DNA from: an uncultured bacterium
GTDB lineage: Bacteria; Bacteroidota; Bacteroidia; J057; JADKCL01
DNA: 64,000 bases
NCBI GenBank assembly: GCA_963923035.1
Contig: CAWUKT010000031.1
Coordinates: forward strand, 119 to 64,118
Direction: 5' to 3'
Under the pieces are notes generated by a model. That model was not told where the DNA came from. It was given only the letters and a program-made list of their open reading frames with translations, and did not search any database. Positions 39,612 to 48,066 of this stretch are shown piece by piece (the stretch's first letter is position 1; each line of letters begins with the position of its first letter). The translations under genes and the position numbers were made by a program.

Positions 39612-40835
39612 TTAGAGGTAGATCATGGCCTGGATGACAGCCTTGCCGGAGCGGTCGCCCGCCGGATTTTGGCTGTTTTGGTACTCAACCGTGACCTTGC
39701 AGTTGTGGCCGTCCAGGTACGCATTGGCACCGATCCCCAAGGTCGAAGACGCATTGGGATTGGCTTCCAGCATCCGGTGCGAGTAGGAGGCGTAGGGCTG
39801 GAGCTTGACCTTTTCGCTGAATTTCGGCGTCAGGTAGCCCAGCTGTCCGTAGACGATATTGCCCGTCCCAATGACGTCGCTCGTACCTTTGAGCAGGTAA
39901 TCGGGACCAAAATTGAAGTTGTAGAAGGCGCCATAGGCCGTGATTGCCGCGCCTTTGGTGCCGATCGGATTGTCGTAGAAGACATCCGCGGCGAGCAGGG
40001 CCACGTCGTTTTGGGCCATGGAGGAATCGGTTTGGAGGGTCGTGGTGCCTTCCGGGTGGTAATTGAAGCCGGCACCCACATTGAGGACCCGCTTGGTGCC
40101 GACATAGGAGCCGACATAGTAGGGGAGGGTATTGCCTTCGCGGTCCCAGAACTGGTAGCTGAAGTAACCGGCGTAGACCTTTCCTCCGTCGTTTTGGTAG
40201 AGGGTTTGGTTGGTTTCGAGCGAAATGCCATCGTCGAGGGTGGTTTGGATGGCTTCGTTGATCGAAACGCGGTAGTCGAGGCGGCCCAGGTTACCCTTGG
40301 CATATACGCCCAGGTGGCGGGCAAATTGGTCGGTCAGGCCCAGGGTGGCCCAGTTGAAACGGGGGGCATCCAGGGTCATCATGTTCAATGTGGATTGGTT
40401 GGTCAGGCGGGAAATGCCATTCCAATAGTGGAGTCCCGCGCCCACGTAGAGTTTCTTGGGGACCACTGTATATTCGGCCCAGGCGTCGTGCATGAAGAGC
40501 TGCGCCTGTGAAGACTGCCCGGTCGGGTGCATATTGGCGGCCGTAAGGCTATTGAGGCCGAAGTGGGTCAGGATGAGGAAGCGGGGAGAAATTTTGGCAA
40601 ACATGAGCACGCGGGAGCGACGCAGCATGGGAATGGACCTCAGGTCGTCATTGGCGTCATTCTGTACGGTGAGCCAAGCCTGGTGCCAGGTGATGAAGCG
40701 GGCGAATTTAGAGCCCTCATCGTTGAGCTTCAGGGTGAGGCCCTTGCCGTAGGTGTCGGAGCCTTGGGAAAAAGTCGGGTAGGCGAGGAAAAGCATGACG
40801 CATCCTATCGCCATTGCCATTGCAATGCGTTTCAT
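39612..40835 (-). CDS. Outer-membrane porin-like protein of the acetate locus
   Basis: Signal peptide, beta-strand pattern, LRRSR and GLHYWNGISR motifs, C-terminal QAMIYL. Confidence 0.75.
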   Translation of the reverse strand: MKRIAMAMAIGCVMLFLAYPTFSQGSDTYGKGLTLKLNDEGSKFARFITWHQAWLTVQNDANDDLRSIPMLRRSRVLMFAKISPRFLILTHFGLNSLTAANMHPTGQSSQAQLFMHDAWAEYTVVPKKLYVGAGLHYWNGISRLTNQSTLNMMTLDAPRFNWATLGLTDQFARHLGVYAKGNLGRLDYRVSINEAIQTTLDDGISLETNQTLYQNDGGKVYAGYFSYQFWDREGNTLPYYVGSYVGTKRVLNVGAGFNYHPEGTTTLQTDSSMAQNDVALLAADVFYDNPIGTKGAAITAYGAFYNFNFGPDYLLKGTSDVIGTGNIVYGQLGYLTPKFSEKVKLQPYASYSHRMLEANPNASSTLGIGANAYLDGHNCKVTVEYQNSQNPAGDRSGKAVIQAMIYL

Positions 40836-40966
40836 AAGCCGTCAAATCTTGTTTTAAGTGAATCAGTGACCCAAGCGGGGTACGAGATGTTTCGCAGAGG
40901 AAATCTGGGGAAAAGGAATTAGGCTACGAAATACGGTATATATATATGCAAACTAAATATATATAG

Positions 40967-41389
40967 CTATCGGAACCGGTCCCAGCGGATCACCATGAAC
41001 TTGTCTCCCAGTTCGGTGATGAGGGCCCCTTTTCCGGCCAAAAACTCTGGCTCAGCCAGATATTCGACCAATTCACTTCGAGAGAGGATACGGTAAGACG
41101 GGCGGTAATTAAAGTCCTGGAGAAACCGCCGAATGCCGTGTTGACGGACCCATTTGCTGACCGTGACGTGACTCACCCCAATGATCCGCTCGATTTCCCG
41201 GTAGCTCAAGCCTTCCAAATAGAGTTGAAGCGCCTTCGTGACGTAGTAAGGGTCGATTTCTTTGCCCTTTTTTTGGACGGTAAAGTGATAAACGCAGCTT
41301 TTACACTTGTAGCGCTGGCGGCCACTGACCTGCCCAGCCTTGACGGTTTGGGGGGATTGACAACGGGGGCAAACGGGATTTTTATTTAT
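40967..41389 (-). CDS. InsA-like Zn-ribbon + HTH protein with extra C-terminal domain, probable transcription regulator; only ATA available as start
   Basis: Frame reads (I)NKNPVCPRCQSPQTVKAGQVSGRQRYKCKSCVYHF...ALQLYLEGLSYREIERIIGVSHVTVSKWV...DKFMVIRWDRFR*; in-frame TAG at 41390-41392; the track shows only the last 83 aa. Confidence 0.8.
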   Translation of the reverse strand: MNKNPVCPRCQSPQTVKAGQVSGRQRYKCKSCVYHFTVQKKGKEIDPYYVTKALQLYLEGLSYREIERIIGVSHVTVSKWVRQHGIRRFLQDFNYRPSYRILSRSELVEYLAEPEFLAGKGALITELGDKFMVIRWDRFR

Positions 41390-41403
41390 CTATATCAATT
41401 TTG

Positions 41404-41411
41404 CAAACATA
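41404..41411 (-). promoter_or_regulatory. -7 promoter element for the InsA-like gene
   Basis: TATGTTTG on the minus strand, 14 nt upstream of the ATA. Confidence 0.55.
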
Positions 41412-41713
41412 TATCAAATTAGCAATAATTGCGTTTAGCTTATTTGTTTTTGTCCTCAACAATAAGTATTAATTGATTGTTTTTCAGTTGTTTGTGGGGT
41501 TTTCAAATTGTTTGCCCTTCCCCCCTGAAAAAACTCCGCTCCCCTTTCGTACCCCTCTATTTTTCCTGACAACCATCAGTTTTGGAAATGACCAATGTCC
41601 TTAAAGGGGCGGAACTCCAATTGAGGGTGCATTGGAATTGACCAAACTCATCTGGGTGGAATTGTGGGATTTATTGTATTTTGAGTTGTTGCTGTATTGA
41701 AAATCCATTGATT

Positions 41714-42445
41714 ATGTCAGATTGGAAGCCCGTTTACGTGGTGAAGGATGGAAATTCCAAGCCGCTACCCCCTCCTGCCTCTCCTCCTAAGCGTCCCCGC
41801 AAGAAACGTCGTTGGGGCCGTCGCATCTTGGGTTACTCATTTGTCATTGTGGTCCTGTTTGGGAGCGGACTGGCGATTGGTCTGGCGGAAGACAATGAAG
41901 CGGAGGAATATTTTGAGGAAGCGGGGGTACGGATTTTCTCTGATGCCTTGGGGGGGAAGGATGAAGGAACTGGAGGGGATATGGAAGTGAATGGGGTTGG
42001 GAGCAACATCGAATTGAAAAATGCCAGCGCAAGTCTACCCATTGATACGGTTTTTCTGGATTCAAGGCTCTTAAAAGAAAGAAACCAGCCTATTCAATAC
42101 CTTTTTGATCCCAATTATACGTTTTACCCAGATTGGAGAAGTGTCATCGAAAAGAGTAGCTGGCAAAAGGATCCTCACTTTGTGAAAAGAATGGAAGAGA
42201 GAGATATATCAATGTCTGAAATTGAAAGAGTGCTCAGTGCTGGTTATATATCTCGTTTCAGTTGGGAGTTTTTCAATGATTCTTCGAGGGCATATCGACC
42301 CAGATATACTTTAAGGCTTGATCAAGGAAGAAAGAACTCGTTGGCAGTAGTATTTGAGATTTCCCAGAAGTTGGATGAAATTCTATTGATAACAACGTTT
42401 AGAAGCCAAAATAAAAACAAGCGAAATATGAAGAACTGGCCATAA
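41714..42445 (+). CDS. Single-pass membrane protein with C-terminal DUF4258-like domain
   Basis: Pro/basic N-terminus, one TM, C-terminal HFVKRMEERDISMSEIERVL...LITTF; AT-richer than neighbours. Confidence 0.65.
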   Translation: MSDWKPVYVVKDGNSKPLPPPASPPKRPRKKRRWGRRILGYSFVIVVLFGSGLAIGLAEDNEAEEYFEEAGVRIFSDALGGKDEGTGGDMEVNGVGSNIELKNASASLPIDTVFLDSRLLKERNQPIQYLFDPNYTFYPDWRSVIEKSSWQKDPHFVKRMEERDISMSEIERVLSAGYISRFSWEFFNDSSRAYRPRYTLRLDQGRKNSLAVVFEISQKLDEILLITTFRSQNKNKRNMKNWP

Positions 42446-42470
42446 AAAAACCACCCCTCCCGGGGTGGCC
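42444..42470. terminator. Hairpin between convergent genes
   Basis: A-run then CCACCCC-TCCC-GGGGTGG. Confidence 0.55.
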
Positions 42471-42496
42471 AATTATCTAAATCCTTTCTATCAGTT

Positions 42497-43162
42497 CTAC
42501 TTTCCAATGAGTTGCAGGAACTCGGCGCGAACCTTCGGATCGTCCTTGAATGCTCCATTGTACTCACTCGTGACGGTGACCACACCTTGGTCTTCCACCC
42601 CGCGGGTGCTGACACACATGTGTTCCGCCTCGATCACCACGGCGACATCGTCTGTTTCCAGGACGCGCCGGAGATGTTCTGCAATCTGCATGGTCATCCG
42701 CTCCTGGACCTGCGGCCGCTTCGCATAATAATGCACGATGCGGTTGATCTTGGAGAGGCCGACAACCTTGCCCTTCGAGATATAGGCGCAATGGGCCTTC
42801 CCTACAATCGGGACAAAGTGGTGCTCACAGTTGCTGTAAAAGGGGATGCCGCGTTCGACGAGCATCTCATTGTAATTGTACTTGTTGTCGAAGAGTTTAA
42901 CGTTGGGTTCATTCTTGGGGTTCAAGCCGCTGAAAATTTCCTTGACGTACATTTTTGCGACCCGGTGCGGGGTGCCACTCAGACTATCGTCTTCGAGGTC
43001 CAGCCCCAGGATCAACATGATTTCGCGGAAATGCTTTTCAATCAACTCTACCTTCAGGTCGTCATCCAATTCAAACGCATCGGGGCGAAGCGGAGTTTCC
43101 AGCGACGTTCCCACATGCATGTCACCAAGCTCTTCGTGGTGGACGTGATTGTTATTTACCAT
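42497..43162 (-). CDS. folE: GTP cyclohydrolase I
   Basis: TPHRVAKM, SNCEHHFVP, GLSKINR, RPQVQER, HMCVSTRGV. Confidence 0.97.
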   Translation of the reverse strand: MVNNNHVHHEELGDMHVGTSLETPLRPDAFELDDDLKVELIEKHFREIMLILGLDLEDDSLSGTPHRVAKMYVKEIFSGLNPKNEPNVKLFDNKYNYNEMLVERGIPFYSNCEHHFVPIVGKAHCAYISKGKVVGLSKINRIVHYYAKRPQVQERMTMQIAEHLRRVLETDDVAVVIEAEHMCVSTRGVEDQGVVTVTSEYNGAFKDDPKVRAEFLQLIGK

Positions 43163-43562
43163 CGTATTCGACAAAATTTCTTTCAGTTTCGTAGAGAATC
43201 ACCGACAATTCTTTTGATTCATCGATATGTGACCTCAATTTATTCCAAATTACTATTACGATATTTTCAGCCGTAGGGTTCAGGTCTTTGAACTCGTCGG
43301 TGTCAAGGTTGAGATTTTTGTGATCAAACCGGTCCTCTACTTCTCGCTTGATCAGGTCCCTCAGCACCTTCATGTCCATGAGATAGCCCGTCTCGGGATC
43401 AATTTCCCCTTTCACCTTCACAATGAGCTCATAATTGTGTCCGTGATAATTGGGGTTGTTGCACTTTCCAAAAACTTCCCGGTTCCTTTCGTCCGACCAT
43501 TTTGGATTATGCAATCGGTGGGCTGCGTTGAAATGTGCCTTGCGGCAAACAGTTACTTTCAT
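43152..43562 (-). CDS. queD: 6-carboxytetrahydropterin / 6-pyruvoyl-tetrahydropterin synthase
   Basis: FNAAHRL, CNNPNYHGHNY, DHKNLN, TAEN, YET; ATG at 43562. Confidence 0.9.
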   Translation of the reverse strand: MKVTVCRKAHFNAAHRLHNPKWSDERNREVFGKCNNPNYHGHNYELIVKVKGEIDPETGYLMDMKVLRDLIKREVEDRFDHKNLNLDTDEFKDLNPTAENIVIVIWNKLRSHIDESKELSVILYETERNFVEYDGK

Positions 43563-43607
43563 CACGGTATCTTTAACAAAGCGGGTATTATTTTGTTTAA
43601 ATCCCAG

Positions 43608-45098
43608 ATGGCAAAAGCTAAACAACAACACTTCGCATCATCGAAATCCGACGTTCTGATCATCGGAAGTGGCATGGCGGGGCTGACCGCCGCCGCCCTC
43701 CTCGCTCAGCGGGGGCTAAAGGTACGTATTTTGGAGCAAAACTGGCTCCCGGGAGGGTGTTCCAGCTCCTATCCGCGCCACCACTACGTTTTTGAAGCTG
43801 GTGCCACCACCCTGGTCGGACTCGATGAACACATGCCATTGCGCTACCTCGTCGACCAGACCGGCATCGAAATCGATGCCTGGAAATTGGACCTGCCCAT
43901 GCAGGTCCACCTCGCCGACGGCTCGGTCCTCACCCGCTACCAGGATCTGGACCGGTGGATCGCCGAAGCCGAACAGCACTTTGGCCCAAAAGGCCAGCGG
44001 CCCTTCTGGGAAGAGGCCTTCCGCGTCTCCCAGTTTGTCTGGGAAAATTCGTTGAAACAGCTCGCGTTTCCTCCGACCCGATTCCGGGACCTCGTGGCCG
44101 CCGCCAAAAATGCCAGTCTCAAGCAGGTCCGAAACCTGCCGGCCGCTTTCCGCTCCGTCGAGGCCATGCTCCGCAAGTATGGATTGGACCAGGACCAGCG
44201 CTTCCGTGCCTTCGTCGACGAACAGCTGTTGATCACCGCCCAAAATTTCGCCCCGGAGGTCAATGTCCTGTTCGGTGCTGCGGCACTTTGCTATACGAAT
44301 TACAGCAACTACTATGTTCCCGGTGGCATGGTGAACCTCGTCAATCCCATAGTGAACTACGTCAAATCGCAAGGGGGCGACGTCATGTTGCGGACTCCCG
44401 TGACCGCTGTGCACCACGATGGCGACCACTATCAGGTCGACACCAGGAAATCGGGATCCTTCCAGGCCCGCTACCTCATTTCCGCCATCCCCCTCAACAA
44501 TACGCTGCCCCTGTTCAACGGCCAATTGGAGGGGAAATTCCGCAATAAGCTCATGAAATCGGATCAGCTCCGGTCGGCCTTTCAGATGGGGATTGCCTTC
44601 AAAAAGCACCAGGACCACCCAGTCATTCACCACCAGATCCATTTGTCTCCCAAACTGCCCGAAATCGACGCCTCCAGCATTTTCCTGAGCCTCAGTCACC
44701 CCGATGACACGACCCGCTGCGGAGAAGATGAAGCCGTGGCGAGCATCAGCACCCACGTGTTCGATCCCGAAGGCACTTTGATTCAGAACAAGCAGTTGTT
44801 GGAGGAGAAAGTAGTGGAAGTGCTGGAGGAAAAGGGCTTTTTGAAGCGGGAGAATATCCTCTACCAGCACAGCAGCACCCCGGGAGGCTGGCAGAAGTGG
44901 ACCGCGCGGGAATGGGGATTTGTCGGCGGTTATCCCCAGTACCTGTCGATCAAGCCGTGGATGATGAAGGATGCGCGTTTGGATGGACAAAAGGCCTATA
45001 TATGCGGGGATTCGACCTATCCGGGGCAGGGCATTCCCGGAGCCTGTCTGAGTGGAATCATCGCCGTAGAGAAGATGCGCCTGGACCACCGCATCTGA
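43608..45098 (+). CDS. Phytoene desaturase/CrtD-like FAD-dependent oxidoreductase
   Basis: IIGSGMAGL Rossmann motif, PGGC, FEAGAT, C-terminal CGDSTYPGQG; start MAKAK at 43608. Confidence 0.8.
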   Translation: MAKAKQQHFASSKSDVLIIGSGMAGLTAAALLAQRGLKVRILEQNWLPGGCSSSYPRHHYVFEAGATTLVGLDEHMPLRYLVDQTGIEIDAWKLDLPMQVHLADGSVLTRYQDLDRWIAEAEQHFGPKGQRPFWEEAFRVSQFVWENSLKQLAFPPTRFRDLVAAAKNASLKQVRNLPAAFRSVEAMLRKYGLDQDQRFRAFVDEQLLITAQNFAPEVNVLFGAAALCYTNYSNYYVPGGMVNLVNPIVNYVKSQGGDVMLRTPVTAVHHDGDHYQVDTRKSGSFQARYLISAIPLNNTLPLFNGQLEGKFRNKLMKSDQLRSAFQMGIAFKKHQDHPVIHHQIHLSPKLPEIDASSIFLSLSHPDDTTRCGEDEAVASISTHVFDPEGTLIQNKQLLEEKVVEVLEEKGFLKRENILYQHSSTPGGWQKWTAREWGFVGGYPQYLSIKPWMMKDARLDGQKAYICGDSTYPGQGIPGACLSGIIAVEKMRLDHRI

Positions 45099-45102
45099 TC
45101 CA

Positions 45103-45161
45103 ATGAAACATTTTTCATTTCTCGTCGTTAAACTACAAATGAAGATATTTTCATATATTTG
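45103..45161 (+). promoter_or_regulatory. Two ArsR/SmtB-type palindromic operators next to a -7 element
   Basis: ATGAAACATTTTTCAT (45103-45118) and ATGAAGATATTTTCAT (45139-45154); TATATTTG at 45154-45161. Confidence 0.7.
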
Positions 45162-45178
45162 ATTCTGTCCAGCCCTTT

Positions 45179-45478
45179 ATGAGTACCCCCAGCACAGAAC
45201 AATTGGAACAAACGGCGTTCATCCTCAAGACGATCGCCCACCCCATGCGCTTGCGGATTGTTTGCCTCCTCGGTCAGCATGAGCAGCTCACGGTATCCGA
45301 GATCTGTGCCAAGGTCGAATGCGAGCAGTCCCTCGCCTCCCACCACCTCAATATTTTGAAATTGAAAGGCGTACTTGTCAGCGAGCGCAACGGCAAGAAT
45401 ATCCACTATTCTCTGGCCATGCCGCAAGTATTGGGCGTATTGGATTGCGTCGGCAATTGCAATGGCTCCGACGACTAG
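45179..45478 (+). CDS. ArsR/SmtB family transcriptional repressor
   Basis: LKTIAHPMRLRI, TVSEI, QSLASHHL, RNGKNIHYSL. Confidence 0.93.
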   Translation: MSTPSTEQLEQTAFILKTIAHPMRLRIVCLLGQHEQLTVSEICAKVECEQSLASHHLNILKLKGVLVSERNGKNIHYSLAMPQVLGVLDCVGNCNGSDD

Positions 45479-45539
45479 AATTCTCCATTTCTTTTTCCCT
45501 CCTCTGGAAAATTTACCCTGCCCCTCTTAACTTGAGGCA

Positions 45540-46382
45540 GTGATCGATTATATCATCAATAAGGAATGTGACGTCAAAGCCGAACTGGGCATCCAGGGCC
45601 TGATCGACCTGGTGAAGTCCCGGAACCAGGCGGTATTGGTTTTTCGGAGCTTGTTGGAGCAAGGGAAAACAGAAAAGGAAGCGATGGACACCACTTTTGT
45701 GAGTCAAACGGTGGTGGTGGAGGGAGAAGATCAAATGCGGGAGATCAAAGTGCGGGACCTTTTTACCCAAACTAACCACCTCAAGCAGCTGGCTCCGATC
45801 TGCGCCGATTGCCCGCTCAACGCGGGCCGCGAGGCATTCGGTTGCTACCGCACCGTGCGCTACCCCATTTCTTCCGAAGCCGAACGCTGGCTCTCCGGCC
45901 TCGTCCACCAGGCCACCGAGCAGGGGCTGCCCCGCAGCATCCTCATCAAGTTCATCCTCGACGAGGAGATTCCCGGCGAATTTTTCCAGCGCCTCCGCCA
46001 GGATCCGCACCGCCGGTTCCTGGAATCCCAGGAGCCCTACGAAATCACGGTGGAGAAGAAATTGTTGAAGAAAACCAAGGTGACCACCGACCAGATCCTC
46101 GACATGATGTTTGCGTTGGGGACGATGGAACGGACCCACCAGATGTTCCTGATATTTTTGAGTGGCGCGGTGGTGATCAGCGATATCGAGCCCGATCCCC
46201 GCCTGTACACCAGCGATTTTCAGGCCGCTGCGATCAGCGGACAGGACGGCAAGGTGGACTATTGGCTGTTCCACCTTCCGCTCGCGCCGTCGGACGACGA
46301 GAGCATTGGCGACATTAAGGAATTCTTCCGCAATGTGTTTTCGGCCTTTGCCACGGCCCAGACCATCAGCATCGACTACTGA
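45540..46382 (+). CDS. Hypothetical protein with Cys cluster (possible metal-binding)
   Basis: 280 aa, coding-like GC3; an N-terminal Cys plus CADCPLN...FGC. Confidence 0.7.
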   Translation: MIDYIINKECDVKAELGIQGLIDLVKSRNQAVLVFRSLLEQGKTEKEAMDTTFVSQTVVVEGEDQMREIKVRDLFTQTNHLKQLAPICADCPLNAGREAFGCYRTVRYPISSEAERWLSGLVHQATEQGLPRSILIKFILDEEIPGEFFQRLRQDPHRRFLESQEPYEITVEKKLLKKTKVTTDQILDMMFALGTMERTHQMFLIFLSGAVVISDIEPDPRLYTSDFQAAAISGQDGKVDYWLFHLPLAPSDDESIGDIKEFFRNVFSAFATAQTISIDY

Positions 46383-46385
46383 GGT

Positions 46386-47162
46386 TTATTCGAAGCTGCG
46401 GAGTTTTTCCATTTTCACCTTGTCTTCCGTCTTCATGTCCAGTCGCTTATAATCGTAAAGCGCGCTCTCCCACGAACCGTAGCAGGGATTGGGGATGATG
46501 ATAAAGTCCACTCCGAAGCGGTGGGCATTTTCCTCGACCAGGTTGTGCCGTTCACTCACCGATTTCCCTTCAAAATCTTCACTAAAGTCGTTCATGTTGT
46601 CCCCAAAGAACATGATGATGGTATGGTCTTCCTCGATGGCCTGGCGCCGGGCTTCCTTGTTGGAATCGTCGGTGCGGAGGTAGAAATGATCGGCATCGAC
46701 CTGGGGAAAATCCAGTTTCTTCATATTGGCCATGGTCGGTTCCAATTGAGCAGCCTTGCGGTTGGAGACATAAAAGATGTCCACGCCCTGTTGGTCGGCG
46801 TACTTGAGGAATCCCACGCAGCCGGGAATCGAATCGGCCTCTTCCCGTTCCACCCAGCGCTTCCAATCTTCACTCGAATATCCTTTGTCTTCCTTGATTT
46901 GGTAGCCGGAATAGGGGCTGTTGTTGAGGCAGGTCTCGTCGAGGTCCAGGACAATGCAGGGCGGCTGCACATAGCGGTAGCGGAGCTTGACTTCGAGGCT
47001 CACGCGGGCCACATTGTACGCCTGGAAGGCCAGCGCGCGGTATTCGGAGGCACTTTGGTACCAAATGGCCGATTGCAGCAGGTCCTTTTGGTAATTGGTC
47101 TTGCAACTTCCGAGGGCGATCAGCAGACCAAGGGCAAACAGGAAGGGTTTTAGGTGTTTCAT
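46386..47162 (-). CDS. 5'-nucleotidase lipoprotein e(P4) family (class C acid phosphatase)
   Basis: Lipobox LGSC, DLDETCLNN, SNR, FGDNMNDF, PNPCYGSWE. Confidence 0.93.
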   Translation of the reverse strand: MKHLKPFLFALGLLIALGSCKTNYQKDLLQSAIWYQSASEYRALAFQAYNVARVSLEVKLRYRYVQPPCIVLDLDETCLNNSPYSGYQIKEDKGYSSEDWKRWVEREEADSIPGCVGFLKYADQQGVDIFYVSNRKAAQLEPTMANMKKLDFPQVDADHFYLRTDDSNKEARRQAIEEDHTIIMFFGDNMNDFSEDFEGKSVSERHNLVEENAHRFGVDFIIIPNPCYGSWESALYDYKRLDMKTEDKVKMEKLRSFE

Positions 47163-47326
47163 CGTGGGGAAGTGGTTTCGGTGCTTGGATAAATCGGGGG
47201 GAAATTACGTTTTTCTTGTGAGTTGGGTGTTAAAGGAAAGGGGGAATTGGATGAATTCTAATCAATCTCATCCGGATATTCTTTGATTTCCCGCACAAGT
47301 CCCACCCAAACCAATATCTTTGTGGT

Positions 47327-47959
47327 ATGGAAGAAAAAGCGAAGTTGATCCAGGCCTACAAAGACCTGACCCTCGAAAAAGGTCAGTTTCCCGTGTCCAT
47401 CTTTGCCGTTTGCGAAAAGGCAGAGGTGCCCCGCCCTCAATTCCAGCAGCACTTTGGAAATTTTGGCCAAATGCAGCAAGCCATCTGGGAGGATTATTTT
47501 TACTCCACCATCCGGACGATTGAAGGGGCCGACCAGTACGCCGAGTACATGGTCCGGGAAAAACTGCTCGCTTTTTACTTCACCTTTCTGGAAGTCCTCG
47601 GCCAGGACCGCGAGTTTGTGAAGATGTTTGAGAGGCAAATGGGCGTTTGGAACTACAATCCCGAGTGCCTGGAAGCCATGAAACCACTCTTTCTGGCCTA
47701 TTTGACGGAGTTGGTGGAGGAAGGAAAAGCAACGGAAGAAATCGCGGAGCGCTATGTATTGGGCGGGGATTATCCTGGCTGGCACTGGCCGCAGTTCCTT
47801 TACCTCATCAATTTTTGGATGCGGGACAAAAGCAGTGGCTTCCAGCGGACCGATCAGGCCGTCGAAAAGGCAGTCAACATGGGCTTTGACATCATGGGCC
47901 GAAATGTGCTTGACTCCGTATTTGACTTCGCCCGTTTCGCATTCACCAACAAGCGTTAA
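47327..47959 (+). CDS. TetR-like regulator (Bacteroidota type)
   Basis: PVSIFAVC, REKLLAFYFTFLE, FWMRDKSSGFQRTDQAVEKAV; TATCTTTG at 47315-47322 implies a very short leader. Confidence 0.8.
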   Translation: MEEKAKLIQAYKDLTLEKGQFPVSIFAVCEKAEVPRPQFQQHFGNFGQMQQAIWEDYFYSTIRTIEGADQYAEYMVREKLLAFYFTFLEVLGQDREFVKMFERQMGVWNYNPECLEAMKPLFLAYLTELVEEGKATEEIAERYVLGGDYPGWHWPQFLYLINFWMRDKSSGFQRTDQAVEKAVNMGFDIMGRNVLDSVFDFARFAFTNKR

Positions 47960-48066
47960 AACCGACTTTTTCAGATTCAAAGGTTGGTTATTCAACCGTT
48001 ATTGGCTAAATTTCATCTAATTCTGCCTATTTGCAGACTACGGAACACGTTCGAAATCAAGTTTTT

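Noticed and set aside
40967-41389. Active IS1 element
   Set aside because: No InsB/DDE frame, terminal inverted repeats or target-site duplication.
42497-43562. folE-queD plus queE as a 7-deazaguanine DNA-modification (dpd) island
   Set aside because: No dpdA/tgt-like or other dpd genes; queE is 36 kb away; consistent with ordinary queuosine/folate genes.
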